Positions 18,007 to 28,218 of a DNA stretch of 47,490 nt are shown in pieces. The position numbers and the translations under genes were made by a program. The stretch spans positions 1 to 47,490 of the forward strand of contig DASXQR010000100.1 of assembly GCA_036507075.1 (NCBI GenBank), read 5' to 3'. Positions within the stretch are counted from its first letter, which is position 1; every line of letters starts with the position of its first letter. Source of the DNA: Acidobacteriota bacterium. Lineage in GTDB: Bacteria; Acidobacteriota; UBA6911; JACQSX01. The notes under the pieces were generated by a model, which did no database searches, was not told where the DNA came from, and saw only the letters and a program-made list of their open reading frames with translations.

Positions 18007-20569
18007 ACCGCGGGGCGATAAACAAAAAACCATCCTGGTCCGTTCTGTGGATGCTGGCACCCGCGGAGATCAACCGATCCAGCACGACTGGGTGTGGATG
18101 GTCAAAGAGGTTCCTCCTGCCGCACGAGATCAGAGTCAGTGTCGGCCGAAGCTCGGCAAGCCAGGCCTGGGAAGTCGAGGATGCGCTGCCATGGTGCGCC
18201 ACCTTTAAGATATCCACGGCTCCCACGCGCCCTGCCAGCATTTCTTCCTCTCGTCGGGTCATGTCGCCCGTGAACAGGAATGTCCGGCCCCCGCATTGAA
18301 TTCGCAGCACCAGTGAGCTCTCATTGCTGCCCGAAAACACTGTCTTCTTTCCCGGGTGCAGCACCTCGACGATCGCATGGGCCAGTTCAAATCTCTCTCC
18401 CTCGGATACAAATACAATCTGAGTCCCTTCAGGAATTCTGCTCACAAACGCCGGAAACAGCGGGTCCACCGCGGCTGCCCGTGATAAGTAAATCCGCGGC
18501 GCGCGAAGATTCCGTGCCAGGCGGGACACAGCCGAAACGTGGTCTTCATGCAGGTGCGACACGAAAATACCTTCAATCTTTCGGGCGCCTGCCTGCCACA
18601 GGGCGCGACTGAGCACATTCCTGCCGAGAAATGCGTTCTCACCGGATTCTTCACGTTCTCCGTCGGACCCGAGCGGAAATGTGCCGGCATCTATTAGAAT
18701 CACTCTGCCCTCACCGTCAAGCACCGCCGCGCTGTCGCCCTGACCTACGTCGAAGAAGTAAACACCCGGCCGGGGCTTGCGCGACTGATCGGCAAAGAAA
18801 AACCACCCCAGGTTCACCAGGAAGAGGACCAGCACCAGCACCTGCCGGGCTTTCGAGGAGCGGATGACGATCTGAAGGCCGATCATCAAAATCAGCGGCA
18901 ACAGCAGCCATTCTGTCGGATGTGGGTGGTCGGGCAGGCTCCATCGGTCAAACCAGTAAACGGCGCCGTAACAGAAACAGACCAGTCTTTCAATCAGCCA
19001 CGCAAGCGGTGAGAGCGTAATCGGGCATACACTCAGAATGAGCCCGCCCAGCAGAACAACCGAAGTGACCGGCAGGAGCACCAGGTTTGCCAGCAGCGCC
19101 GGCCCCGGTCCCTGATTGGAGTGAAAAGTTGACAGCAGCCACGTCTCATTCTGAATCAGGAAAGCGACCACCAGCCACTTGGAGATCAGAATGAAAATGA
19201 ACAGCGGCGCTCTGGCGGGCCAATAACAGAGCTGCAAATACCGGTGCGTTTCCAGCAGAGCTTCCGCATGGAATCGGAGGCTGCGCGCATCACGGCTTGC
19301 CGCATGCCTTCGCAAATCCAGCACGGGACTCCAGCACCGCCGCAGTGCTGAGAGTGGATAGAGCAGCGATTCTAAAACCGGCGGTGCAATACAGATCAGC
19401 ACGACACAGCAAAGGAAGGAAAACTGAAAACCGGGGTTAAAGAGCATCATGGGCTGCCAACAGAGCGCCAGCAGACCGGCGGCTCCGAGAAAATTCAAAG
19501 AGCTACCCTTGCGCCAAAGCGACTCGGAGACAAGCAGACAGACTGAAACGAGGAAGGCGCGGACAACCGAAGGGCCTGCATCGAGACGGATCAGAATTGC
19601 AGCACTCAATCCGGCAAACAAAGCCGCCCGAAGCGCGAATGGAAATAACAGCCTGCGCGCTATCCATGCCGCAATTCCAAGAATGAGAGCAAAATGCATT
19701 CCCGACACGACCAAAAGGTGGTACACACCCACCGACTGCGACGCCAGGATGAAGTTCTCAGGCAGCCGGTATCGATCACCCCAGAGCAGGGCGTCGACAA
19801 AGGCAGGTATAGGGCTGTTCTCAGGCCAATACCATCTCAGGAGAGTGGATCCTCGCGCGGCCAGCCAGAGCCGCTTCCAGGCGACATTCTGAGGCTGATA
19901 ATCCAGCAGCCATGGCGATTTTAGGATCGCCACCCCGTGGATTCTTTGCTCACACAGTCTGCGTTCCAGCCACAGTCGTCCGGGATTCTGAAAGGCCTGC
20001 GCGCTTCGCAGATCTCCCCAGAAGCGCACCGGGTCACCCGGCAAGGGCGGATTCCAGCTTTTTTTCACCCCGGATTGATCGAAAAAGAATTCCCAGGGTT
20101 CCAGTACGGAAGAATAGATGTGGAGTTCAACATTGGCGCTCAGGTCTCTGGCGCTGTGCCTCTCATAAACACGTCCTATTTTCGCCCGGATCACCACCCG
20201 GTCCTTTTCCATACAGGGAAGAGAATCGATCACGCCCCTAAACTCTGCTGTCTGGCCTTCCGCAGGCAGGCTTGCTCTGGCGCGATGGAAATCATCCTGC
20301 TCCGAGCTGAGGAGCGCAGCCGCGCCGAAGAATATCAAACCGAAAACTGCAGGCAATCGACCGCAAAACCTGAGCGCGGCCAGCCCCCCGAGAAGAAATG
20401 CAATTGGAAGCCAACTCCATCCTATTTTCTGCTGTGCCGCGATTCCGCCGGCCATGGCTGAAGCGGCGAAGAACAGCGGGTGCAAAAGAATGAAATTGGC
20501 AACTTTTCTCTCTGGTCTTGCCGCAGAGAATGCAGTCTGCTTTCCACAGTTTGCTAAGCTGCCGCTCAC
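18005..20569 (-). CDS. comEC: ComEC/Rec2 DNA-uptake channel with C-terminal metallo-beta-lactamase domain (start uncertain)
   Basis: Competence domain HLLVVSGMH, PSVVRA and GFQFSF; MBL domain FFDVGQGDS, SHLHEDH, SNESSLVL, LFTGD, LKVAHHGS, FDHPHP and RTDQDG. Confidence 0.92.
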   Translation of the reverse strand: MSGSLANCGKQTAFSAARPERKVANFILLHPLFFAASAMAGGIAAQQKIGWSWLPIAFLLGGLAALRFCGRLPAVFGLIFFGAAALLSSEQDDFHRARASLPAEGQTAEFRGVIDSLPCMEKDRVVIRAKIGRVYERHSARDLSANVELHIYSSVLEPWEFFFDQSGVKKSWNPPLPGDPVRFWGDLRSAQAFQNPGRLWLERRLCEQRIHGVAILKSPWLLDYQPQNVAWKRLWLAARGSTLLRWYWPENSPIPAFVDALLWGDRYRLPENFILASQSVGVYHLLVVSGMHFALILGIAAWIARRLLFPFALRAALFAGLSAAILIRLDAGPSVVRAFLVSVCLLVSESLWRKGSSLNFLGAAGLLALCWQPMMLFNPGFQFSFLCCVVLICIAPPVLESLLYPLSALRRCWSPVLDLRRHAASRDARSLRFHAEALLETHRYLQLCYWPARAPLFIFILISKWLVVAFLIQNETWLLSTFHSNQGPGPALLANLVLLPVTSVVLLGGLILSVCPITLSPLAWLIERLVCFCYGAVYWFDRWSLPDHPHPTEWLLLPLILMIGLQIVIRSSKARQVLVLVLFLVNLGWFFFADQSRKPRPGVYFFDVGQGDSAAVLDGEGRVILIDAGTFPLGSDGEREESGENAFLGRNVLSRALWQAGARKIEGIFVSHLHEDHVSAVSRLARNLRAPRIYLSRAAAVDPLFPAFVSRIPEGTQIVFVSEGERFELAHAIVEVLHPGKKTVFSGSNESSLVLRIQCGGRTFLFTGDMTRREEEMLAGRVGAVDILKVAHHGSASSTSQAWLAELRPTLTLISCGRRNLFDHPHPVVLDRLISAGASIHRTDQDGFLFIAPR

Positions 20570-20852
20570 ACACCTGGCATAACTGCCCAGTTCTGAGATT
20601 CACGAAAAAATTTTCGGCACAAACGGGGAGTTTGGACATTTTTGACGAACGATACTGCCGCATCGGTACCGCATCCGTCAGGTTGCGGCGAGCCAGCGTG
20701 GCGAGTCTGGAGATGGCGCCTGGCGGGGCTTTGCATGAGACCCGACCGGTTGGCGCGCCGCGACCTTACGGATCGCGGTACTGTAGCGCTGCTTTGCAGC
20801 GCTTAGGCCGCTGCAAGCGCCTAAGAGTGACAAACCCTCTCGTAACAGGCAT

Positions 20853-21539
20853 CTACCCCAAAAAGAACAGAGTGAATTCCGGCAAGTCGAAATGCGCGCG
20901 GAGCTTGCGGTTCATTACATTCTGCTCGATTCGGGAATACATTTCAGGTGTCACCTTCTTCTTGTAGATTCTCAGCTCCTTCCGCGCTTCCTTCTCAAAC
21001 TGTTCAAGAGCGGAGGGCTCAATCAGCCGCCGCGCCGCTTCCAGCAAGATAAAGTCGCACGCCTGCAGGGTGTTTTCGACCCGGACCAATGAGGGCGATT
21101 TACCTGGAGCAATTTCCTCTTCCAGTTCACCGAGCATCCGTTTGGCGCGCTCAATGCTTTCCCGGGCGGTGAAGGCCGGTGCAGCTTTACCGAGGCGCAC
21201 CCTTAGATCCCTGACGGCTTGCAGAACCTTTTCGTCGGCGGCGCCTTCCCGCTCTGCGTCGGTGCTCTCGCCCACTCGAGCCTGAAGATATTCGTCGTAG
21301 GACCCCATTACCGATTGCTGGCAGTAGAAAATTGAATTTACAAGTTTCTGAGTCTTGCGGGTCTGGTGCCTTTCAAAAGCACGATCGATGCCTCGAAATA
21401 CCACGTGAAGCGGAATGCCGGTCTGCTTCCAGCTCTCGATCAAGCTCCAATCGAGCGGCGAGATCAACATGTGCTTCCCCCGCCGGCGCACGAAGTATTC
21501 CTCGATTTCAGTGAAGTAATTGAAGTAACTGTGATCCAT
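20853..21539 (-). CDS. Hypothetical protein, N-terminus weakly DnaD/DnaB_2-like
   Basis: Coherent ORF YFNYFTEIEEYFVRRRGKHMLISPLDWSLIESWKQTGIPLHVVFRGID. The start is placed at ATG 21539; function is inferred only from motif resemblance. Confidence 0.7.
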   Translation of the reverse strand: MDHSYFNYFTEIEEYFVRRRGKHMLISPLDWSLIESWKQTGIPLHVVFRGIDRAFERHQTRKTQKLVNSIFYCQQSVMGSYDEYLQARVGESTDAEREGAADEKVLQAVRDLRVRLGKAAPAFTARESIERAKRMLGELEEEIAPGKSPSLVRVENTLQACDFILLEAARRLIEPSALEQFEKEARKELRIYKKKVTPEMYSRIEQNVMNRKLRAHFDLPEFTLFFLG

Positions 21540-21792
21540 ACCCTCGATCATGGCCTTGCATGTAGGACAAATCCTAAAAGAAGATTTGGCTAACAGCTTA
21601 CAAAGAATCAAGGCGTAAGCCGATATTGCTGAGCCTCCTTCCTTCCTATACTTGCTCCGTGACATGTTTCATCAGGGAAAGTCCCGGTGAGATGTCGCGG
21701 AAACATTCGACTTAACTGTCTTTTTGGTGGTTTTGCCGGAAGAACAACCGGTCATCATCATTTTTTTCAACCTTAAAGCCAAGGAGGTTACC

Positions 21793-22056
21793 GTGACAAG
21801 ACGTGGTTTTGCGGGAATGGATCAGGTACGGCAGAAGCAGATTGCAAGCAAGGGTGGAAAGGTTGCGCACGAACGTGGGACCGCCCATGAGTTTACCGCC
21901 GAAGAAGCGAGACTTGCCGGAAGGAAAGGCGGCGAGATTACCAGCCGCGATCGACTTCACATGGCTGAAATCGGACGCCAGGGCGCCGTATCCAGAAGAA
22001 GACTGCGCGCCGGACAACCCGATGCGGGCTGGGTGGAGTTTGCCGAAAAACGCTAA
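21793..22056 (+). CDS. KGG-repeat stress-induced small protein (YciG/GsiB-like)
   Basis: AAGGAGG RBS (21781-21787) before GTG 21793. Sequence RGFAGMD...IASKGG...AHEFTAEEARLAGRKGG...MAEIGRQG. Confidence 0.88.
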   Translation: MTRRGFAGMDQVRQKQIASKGGKVAHERGTAHEFTAEEARLAGRKGGEITSRDRLHMAEIGRQGAVSRRRLRAGQPDAGWVEFAEKR

Positions 22057-22133
22057 CCAATTCCCCCGAGGGGCCCGGTGGAATGAAGGACGAACGGGTC
22101 AGGTCTTGAAATCTGAAATTCCCGGCAGCGAAT

Positions 22134-22946
22134 TCAAATTCCAAGACCTGGCCCCTCGCCGGCTGACTGAACTGCCTCGCTGCGTTTGAATACTCGTTCG
22201 TAGAAAATGCGAAGACCCTCCAGCGTGAGATCCTGGTCCACATGCTGGACGGCGGGAATGTCCGGCACCAGGCTGTCAGCCAGACCACCGGTGGCCACAA
22301 TCCGTGCTCCCGGCACCTGTTCAACGATCAACTGAACCAATCCGTTTACCAGCGACACGTAGCCGTGAAAAAGACCCGACTGGATGCTCTCCACAGTTGA
22401 CGTACCGATGATCTGTTCGGTTCGCCTTACTTCCACCCGCGGCAGGCGCGCCGCTCTGGCAAAAAGCGCCTCCGCCGAGATGTTGAGTCCAGGCGCAATC
22501 AATCCTCCCACATAAGCACCTTCGGGCGAAACAACATCAAATGTGGTCGCTGTTCCAAAATCAATCACCACTACCGGCTTACCGTAGCGTTCCACTGCTG
22601 CTACGGCATTCACAATACGATCCGCGCCGACGTCGGTAATCGGATTGTAGCGAACCGGAATGAGATTCTGTTCGGCAGGATCGACAAAGAACGGAAGCAG
22701 GCCGAAATACTCCTGCGTCATTTCCCTGATCAGCGGGTTCACCGGAGGCACAACGGACGATACAACCACCGCGCTTATTTTCTTTCGATCCAGGTCCCAA
22801 AGAGAGAATAGATTTCTACACAGAATCCCATACTCGTCAGAGGTGCGATCTCTCTGCGTGGTCAGGCGCCAGTGCAGGAGCAGTTTGCTGTCGCGGAAAA
22901 CTCCCAGCACGGTGTTCGTGTTACCGATATCAACCGCCAACAACAT
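22134..22946 (-). CDS. coaX: Type III pantothenate kinase
   Basis: MLLAVDIGNTNTVLG, SSVVP, VGADRIVN, VIDFGTATTFD, GGLIAPG, VATGG, LTLEGL. Confidence 0.96.
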   Translation of the reverse strand: MLLAVDIGNTNTVLGVFRDSKLLLHWRLTTQRDRTSDEYGILCRNLFSLWDLDRKKISAVVVSSVVPPVNPLIREMTQEYFGLLPFFVDPAEQNLIPVRYNPITDVGADRIVNAVAAVERYGKPVVVIDFGTATTFDVVSPEGAYVGGLIAPGLNISAEALFARAARLPRVEVRRTEQIIGTSTVESIQSGLFHGYVSLVNGLVQLIVEQVPGARIVATGGLADSLVPDIPAVQHVDQDLTLEGLRIFYERVFKRSEAVQSAGEGPGLGI

Positions 22947-24663
22947 TCTTTGCCACCTGGCCCTTAAAGGATTTTATCTTTCCTTCGCCAACAGCCTGTT
23001 CCAGGGCCGCCACCACTTTTGCGTCGTACTTGATTCCAATCTGCGAGCGGATGTGATTCAGTACGAAATCAGTGCTCATGGGACGCTGGTAAGGCCGCAA
23101 GGTTGTCATGGCGTCAAACGTGTCAGCTACTCCGATTATGCGCGCCATGAGCGGAATCTGTTCTCCGGAAAGCCGGTGTGGGTATCCGTTTCCATCAAGT
23201 TGCTCGTGGTGATGCCGTATCCCGGGGACAACATCGCGCAATTGGGCGATCCTGCCGACGATATTGGCGCCTTTCTCGGTGTGCTGCTTCATCACTTCGA
23301 ATTCTTCCGGAGTCAGCACATCGGGCTTCTTGAGAATCCGGTCATCAATTCCGATTTTACCGATATCGTGAAGCAAGCCGGCAATGCGGAGCTTTTCGAG
23401 TGATTCTTCACTCAAACCAATAATCCTGCCGAGAATCATCGAATAGTGCGTTACCCGCTCCGAGTGACCTTTAGTGTATGGATCCTTCTCATCGATGGCG
23501 GCCGCCAGAGTCTGGATCGACTCGAGAAACAACTGCTTGTTTTGCTGAACGGCGTCCTGCAGCTTGTTGACGTAATCTTCAATTCTCTCCGCCATCACGT
23601 TGAAGTGCTCGGCAAATTCGCCGATCTCATTGTGGGCGGTGATGTTTACTCGTTCAGAGAGATTGCCCTGGGAGATAGAGCGCGTCGTGGCGGCAAGCTG
23701 GTTGATGGGTTGGCTGATGCGGCGCGCAAAGATCAGACTGAGAACCGCCGCCAGACAAATGAAGAGCAGGATCAGCGCCACAGTCTTTTGTAGGACGTCG
23801 CGTACCGGGCTGAAGATGTCCTGCTCGTCGGCCTGGACGATGACGTGCCAACCCAGATTGGCAACCGGGACTGCCGTCATCACCAGCGTTGTGGACCGTT
23901 CCGGATCCGGATAAAACCGGTTAATAGGGGCTGGCTTGGTCTCGCTTTCAAGCTCCCTGACAATGGGTTGGCGCTGAAAAGCCTCAGGAGAAAGCGGAGT
24001 CTCCCCACTTAGAGACTGCATGAAAAGCCAATGCCTTGAGTCGAGTAGTAAAATGCGGTTCCTGGATTCGGTATTCACTTGGACTATGCGCCGCACAGGT
24101 TCCAGGTCTACGACCTCCAGAATCACACCCCTGTCGTCTCCGGAAGTGTGGATCGGTTTGGCCGCGACAACGACCATGCGATTCTGGCTTCCAACGTTAT
24201 AGGGCGCGCTGGTAAGAAGGTTGCCCGTCTGCAGCGTCTCCAGGTAAGCATCCTGCATCAGCTTGGTCAGGCCCGGATCAGAAAACTCGTAACCAGCCTG
24301 GATGCCACGATCGGTCTGGCCGTAGACAGCCGTATAAAGGAGACCCTCTTTGGATCCGCTTTCGACAATTTGCTGCAGCGCCTGGGCGGATCTCGGTTGT
24401 TGCAGCTTGGTCAGGATCGGTCCTTCCTGCAATTGAAGAGTGTTTTCAATATCGTTCAACCGACGGATTGACCGGTCCATATAACTGTTTATTTCACTGC
24501 TGATGTTCTTGGCGGACTGCAACTGCATGAAGCGCTGGTTAGAGCGGAGCGTGGCGGTCACTTGATTGAGCAACACCCAGCCCACCGCCATCAAGGGAAC
24601 CGTACCCACCAGCAGCAAAATCAGAAACAAGCTGTAAGCAATCCTGCTCTTATTTCGTTTCAT
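22930..24663 (-). CDS. Membrane sensor HD-GYP phosphodiesterase (periplasmic Cache-like, HAMP and HD-GYP domains)
   Basis: Two TM helices flank a periplasmic domain. HAMP (PINQLA...NEIGEFAEHFNVMA), KDPYTKGHSERV, LLHDIGKIGI and HHEQLDGNGYP are present. Confidence 0.9.
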   Translation of the reverse strand: MKRNKSRIAYSLFLILLLVGTVPLMAVGWVLLNQVTATLRSNQRFMQLQSAKNISSEINSYMDRSIRRLNDIENTLQLQEGPILTKLQQPRSAQALQQIVESGSKEGLLYTAVYGQTDRGIQAGYEFSDPGLTKLMQDAYLETLQTGNLLTSAPYNVGSQNRMVVVAAKPIHTSGDDRGVILEVVDLEPVRRIVQVNTESRNRILLLDSRHWLFMQSLSGETPLSPEAFQRQPIVRELESETKPAPINRFYPDPERSTTLVMTAVPVANLGWHVIVQADEQDIFSPVRDVLQKTVALILLFICLAAVLSLIFARRISQPINQLAATTRSISQGNLSERVNITAHNEIGEFAEHFNVMAERIEDYVNKLQDAVQQNKQLFLESIQTLAAAIDEKDPYTKGHSERVTHYSMILGRIIGLSEESLEKLRIAGLLHDIGKIGIDDRILKKPDVLTPEEFEVMKQHTEKGANIVGRIAQLRDVVPGIRHHHEQLDGNGYPHRLSGEQIPLMARIIGVADTFDAMTTLRPYQRPMSTDFVLNHIRSQIGIKYDAKVVAALEQAVGEGKIKSFKGQVAKNVVGG

Positions 24664-24671
24664 CAGACTCG

Positions 24672-25670
24672 TTACCAGAACTCTTCCCTGAGGCGCCGTT
24701 CCATCAGGTCCGAAATCGCGGCCTGTGGCGCCTTGCCATCGTATAACACTCGGTACATCTGTTCGGTGATCGGCATTTCAACGCCATATTGTCTGCCCAG
24801 TTCCAACGTGGCCCTGGTAGTGGGAATTCCTTCGATGGACATCGGCGTGGCTTGCTGCACCTGCTGAATCGTAAATCCCTGAGCCAGTTGAATTCCCGCC
24901 GCGCGGTTGCGACTAAGCGGCCCGGTACAGGTCAGAACGAGATCTCCCAGTCCGGCCAAACCGCCCAGCGTTTCCCTGCGACCTCCCATGGACGCTCCCA
25001 GGCGACATATTTCGGCCAGCCCGCGGGTAATCAATCCTGCGATCGTGTTACTGCCAAAGCCAAGACCGGTTACTACTCCCGACGCGATGGCGATCACGTT
25101 CTTTACCGCGCCGCCGATTTCGGTTCCGACGACGTCGCTGTTTGTGTAAACGCGGAATCTGGAAGATGAAAAAATGTTTTGCACGCGCTCTGCGGCCGAA
25201 ACATCCTCACTGGAAGCCACCACTGCAGTGGGATGACCCTGGAGAGATTCTACTGCGAACGAAGGTCCGCTAAGCACCACAATTTTGGCCTGTTGGCCGA
25301 GCACCTCCCGCAGAATCTCAGAAATTCGTTTAAGGGTGCCGACTTCTATTCCTTTAGTGGCGCTCACGTAACATGAGTCAGGCTTAAAGTGAGTGCTGGC
25401 ACGCTCCAAGGTTTCACGGCAATAGCTGGACGGGACGGCACACACCACCATTTTGCCGTCAGCCAGCGCTTCTGCCATCTTCGAGGTTACCACCAGCCCG
25501 GCCGGCAGTTCATAACCCGGTAAATAGCGCGCGTTTAAACGGCTGTGATTCATTTCCTCGGCATGCTCGGAGCGCCTTGCCCACAGTCTTACGGCGTGAC
25601 CCTTGCGAGCGAGTAGAATGGCGAGCGCGGTTCCCCAACTGCCGGCGCCAAGGATTGCAATTTCAGCCAT
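24672..25670 (-). CDS. gpsA: NAD(P)H-dependent glycerol-3-phosphate dehydrogenase
   Basis: ILGAGSWGTALA, ATKGIE, LSGPSFA, GGAVKNVIAI, GLAGLGDLVLTC, SRN. The start is placed at ATG 25670. Confidence 0.96.
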   Translation of the reverse strand: MAEIAILGAGSWGTALAILLARKGHAVRLWARRSEHAEEMNHSRLNARYLPGYELPAGLVVTSKMAEALADGKMVVCAVPSSYCRETLERASTHFKPDSCYVSATKGIEVGTLKRISEILREVLGQQAKIVVLSGPSFAVESLQGHPTAVVASSEDVSAAERVQNIFSSSRFRVYTNSDVVGTEIGGAVKNVIAIASGVVTGLGFGSNTIAGLITRGLAEICRLGASMGGRRETLGGLAGLGDLVLTCTGPLSRNRAAGIQLAQGFTIQQVQQATPMSIEGIPTTRATLELGRQYGVEMPITEQMYRVLYDGKAPQAAISDLMERRLREEFW

Positions 25671-25695
25671 TGGATTTCCACACTGGTCCAAGAGT

Positions 25696-25829
25696 TGCCA
25701 CGAAGGCACGAAGACACGAAAATCTAAGCTAATGGTAGAGTGCCACTTTTAGGAACATGATAGTGGATTTGCAACGTGTCACTTCAGGATAAATACGGAA
25801 ACCCTTTGTGTCTTCGTGCCTTCGTGGCA
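25696..25829. repeat. Nonamer-based inverted repeat, family D (TGCCACGAAGGCACGAAGACAC)
   Basis: A 22-bp perfect inverted repeat (25696-25717 and 25808-25829). Relatives are at 27431-27556, 28182-28208, 41612-41700 and 44478-44535. Confidence 0.85.
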
Positions 25830-25843
25830 GCTTGTTTTTTCGA

Positions 25844-27391
25844 TCAATGACGGAAATGACGCACACCGGTAAAGATCAGCACCATGTCGTGTTGATCCGC
25901 CGCCTCGATCACTTCCTGATCCCGGACAGAACCCCCCGGCTCAATGGCGGCCGAGATGCCTGCTTTGGCGGCCTCATCGAGCCCATCGCGAAACGGAAAA
26001 AAGGCATCCGAAGCCATCACAGCGCCCCGGAGCGGCGCATTTGCCTTTTGACAAGCCAGACGCACGCTGTCGACACGGCTCATCTGGCCGGCTCCGATAC
26101 CCAGTGTCCTTCCTTGTGACGCGAAAATGATCGCATTGGACTTGACATGCTTGCAGACCCGCCAGGCAAACAGAAGATCTCGAACCTGCTCGGCGCCGGG
26201 CTTGCGTTTCGAGACGACTTTCAGGTCTTTTTCGGTCAGATAAAACTGGTCCGGATCCTGAAGCAGCAGCCCTCCCTGGATGGACCGAATGTCCCAGCCG
26301 CCGGCCGGCTGAAAAGGCTCCAGTCGCATCAGTCGAAGATTCTTCTTCGCTGATAAGATCCGAAGCGCCTCCTGCGAGTAGCCGGGGGCGATGATCGCTT
26401 CCACAAAGAGTTTGGCCAGTTCCGTCGCAGTGATCGAATCAATTTCGCGGTTAAAACCGATGACCGAGCCGAACGCCGACACCGGATCGGTTTGCAGCGC
26501 GCGCTGATAGGCCTGCGCGAGATTTTCGGCCTCGGCCGCTCCACACGGATTATTGTGCTTAATAATGGCGCAGGCGGGGCGGTCAAATTCGCGAATCAGC
26601 CTGCAGGCCGCATCCAGGTCAAGATAGTTATTGAATGAAAGATCCTTTCCCTGGAGCTGTTCAGCCGTGGCGACGGTGCAAAATGCTTCCGAATCCCTAT
26701 GACGGTAGAGTGCGCCGCGCTGGTGGGGATTCTCTCCGTAACGCAGATCCATTACTTTTTCGGCCTGCAGCGCCAGCAGCGCCGGAAGCGAATTTGCCTC
26801 TCTTGCAGCTTCGCAGCCGGACAGGTAAGCAGCCACGCGCGAGTCGTAATCGGCGGTGTGCGCGAACGCTTTTCTTGCCAGATGAAAGCGCTGGTCGCGA
26901 CTTGCATTCCCATGTGCCTCAAATTCCTGCGCTACCCAGTTATAGTCGGATGGATCCACCAGCACTGTGACCCACTCAAAATTCTTTGCCGCGGCGCGCA
27001 CCATTGCCGGTCCTCCGATGTCGATGTTTTCAATGGCTTCCTGCAGTGTGACCTCTAAACGTGCCACGGTTTTACTGAACGGATAAAGGTTTACAGCCAC
27101 CAGGTCAATCATTTCAATTCCGTTCCGGCGCGCCTCGGCGACATCGGAATCCTGGTCACGCCGCGCCAGCAGACCGCCATGGATTCTCGGATGCAGCGAC
27201 TTTACCCGGCCCTCGAATATTTCCGGGAACCCGGTGACTTCGGAAACTTCCGTTACCGAAATGCCGGCCTTGCGCAGCTCGCGCGCCGTTCCCCCCGTAG
27301 AAATGATTTCAAAGTCACAGCTCACCAGTCGCGAGGCGAAAGAGGTAACATTGCTTTTGTCGGAAACACTGATGAGCGCGCGCCTGGGCAT
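25844..27391 (-). CDS. purH: Bifunctional AICAR transformylase/IMP cyclohydrolase
   Basis: [75 protein letters not shown]. Confidence 0.97.
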   Translation of the reverse strand: MPRRALISVSDKSNVTSFASRLVSCDFEIISTGGTARELRKAGISVTEVSEVTGFPEIFEGRVKSLHPRIHGGLLARRDQDSDVAEARRNGIEMIDLVAVNLYPFSKTVARLEVTLQEAIENIDIGGPAMVRAAAKNFEWVTVLVDPSDYNWVAQEFEAHGNASRDQRFHLARKAFAHTADYDSRVAAYLSGCEAAREANSLPALLALQAEKVMDLRYGENPHQRGALYRHRDSEAFCTVATAEQLQGKDLSFNNYLDLDAACRLIREFDRPACAIIKHNNPCGAAEAENLAQAYQRALQTDPVSAFGSVIGFNREIDSITATELAKLFVEAIIAPGYSQEALRILSAKKNLRLMRLEPFQPAGGWDIRSIQGGLLLQDPDQFYLTEKDLKVVSKRKPGAEQVRDLLFAWRVCKHVKSNAIIFASQGRTLGIGAGQMSRVDSVRLACQKANAPLRGAVMASDAFFPFRDGLDEAAKAGISAAIEPGGSVRDQEVIEAADQHDMVLIFTGVRHFRH

Positions 27392-27561
27392 ATTGATTCA
27401 CCAAAAAATCGGATAATACCATGGGGTATTTGCCACAAAGTCACAAAGACACAAAGACTTATCATTTAATTAGAATTAACCTTTTCGTAGAAATGTCAAT
27501 CAATGACAGAGTGTCGCTTCAAACCTGATTCTTTGTATCTTCTTGACTTTGTGGCAGACCC

Positions 27562-28218
27562 TTGAAAAAACCAAATCGTATTTCAGTCGAGCTTCGCGTG
27601 TTGCTGGCGGCAACTGTCTTCTTGTTTGTCGCTCTCGGTATTTCCCCCAAGACCGACCGCCTTACCTGGTTGATGGAGAACTTTCCTGTGATGTTCGGAG
27701 TTCCCATCCTTTTATTCACCTACGGGAGATTCCCGCTTACGCCTTTGGCTTATCGCCTGATTTTCCTGCACGCGCTGATTCTGATGGTGGGAGGTCATTA
27801 TTCCTACGCCCAGGTGCCGCTGGGCCACTGGATACGCCGCACCTGGGGTCTTTCCCGCAACCACTATGACCGGCTGGGACACTTCGCTCAGGGATTCGTT
27901 CCCGCTGTTCTGGTACGAGAATTCCTCGCCAGGAAAAGCCCATTGCATTCGGGAGCATTAATGAATTTCCTGGTAGTCTCTGTCTGTCTTGCCATCAGCG
28001 CGTGTTATGAGTTTATCGAGTGGTGGACGGCGCTGGCCAGCGGCGAGGCAGCCACTGCCTTCTTGGGGACTCAGGGGGATCCATGGGATACTCAGTGGGA
28101 CATGTTTCTGGCGCTGGCAGGCGCGACAATCAGTGTGGCGCTGCTCTCCCGAGTGCATGACCGGCAGCTCGCTAGAATATTTGCCACCAAGCCACGAAGC
28201 CACGAAGATTTACAATGA
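27562..28218 (+). CDS. DUF2238/YjdF-family inner membrane protein
   Basis: DRLTWLMEN, GGHYSYAQVP, RNHYDRLGHFAQGFVP, YEFIEW, FLGTQGDPWDTQWDM. Confidence 0.88.
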   Translation: MKKPNRISVELRVLLAATVFLFVALGISPKTDRLTWLMENFPVMFGVPILLFTYGRFPLTPLAYRLIFLHALILMVGGHYSYAQVPLGHWIRRTWGLSRNHYDRLGHFAQGFVPAVLVREFLARKSPLHSGALMNFLVVSVCLAISACYEFIEWWTALASGEAATAFLGTQGDPWDTQWDMFLALAGATISVALLSRVHDRQLARIFATKPRSHEDLQ

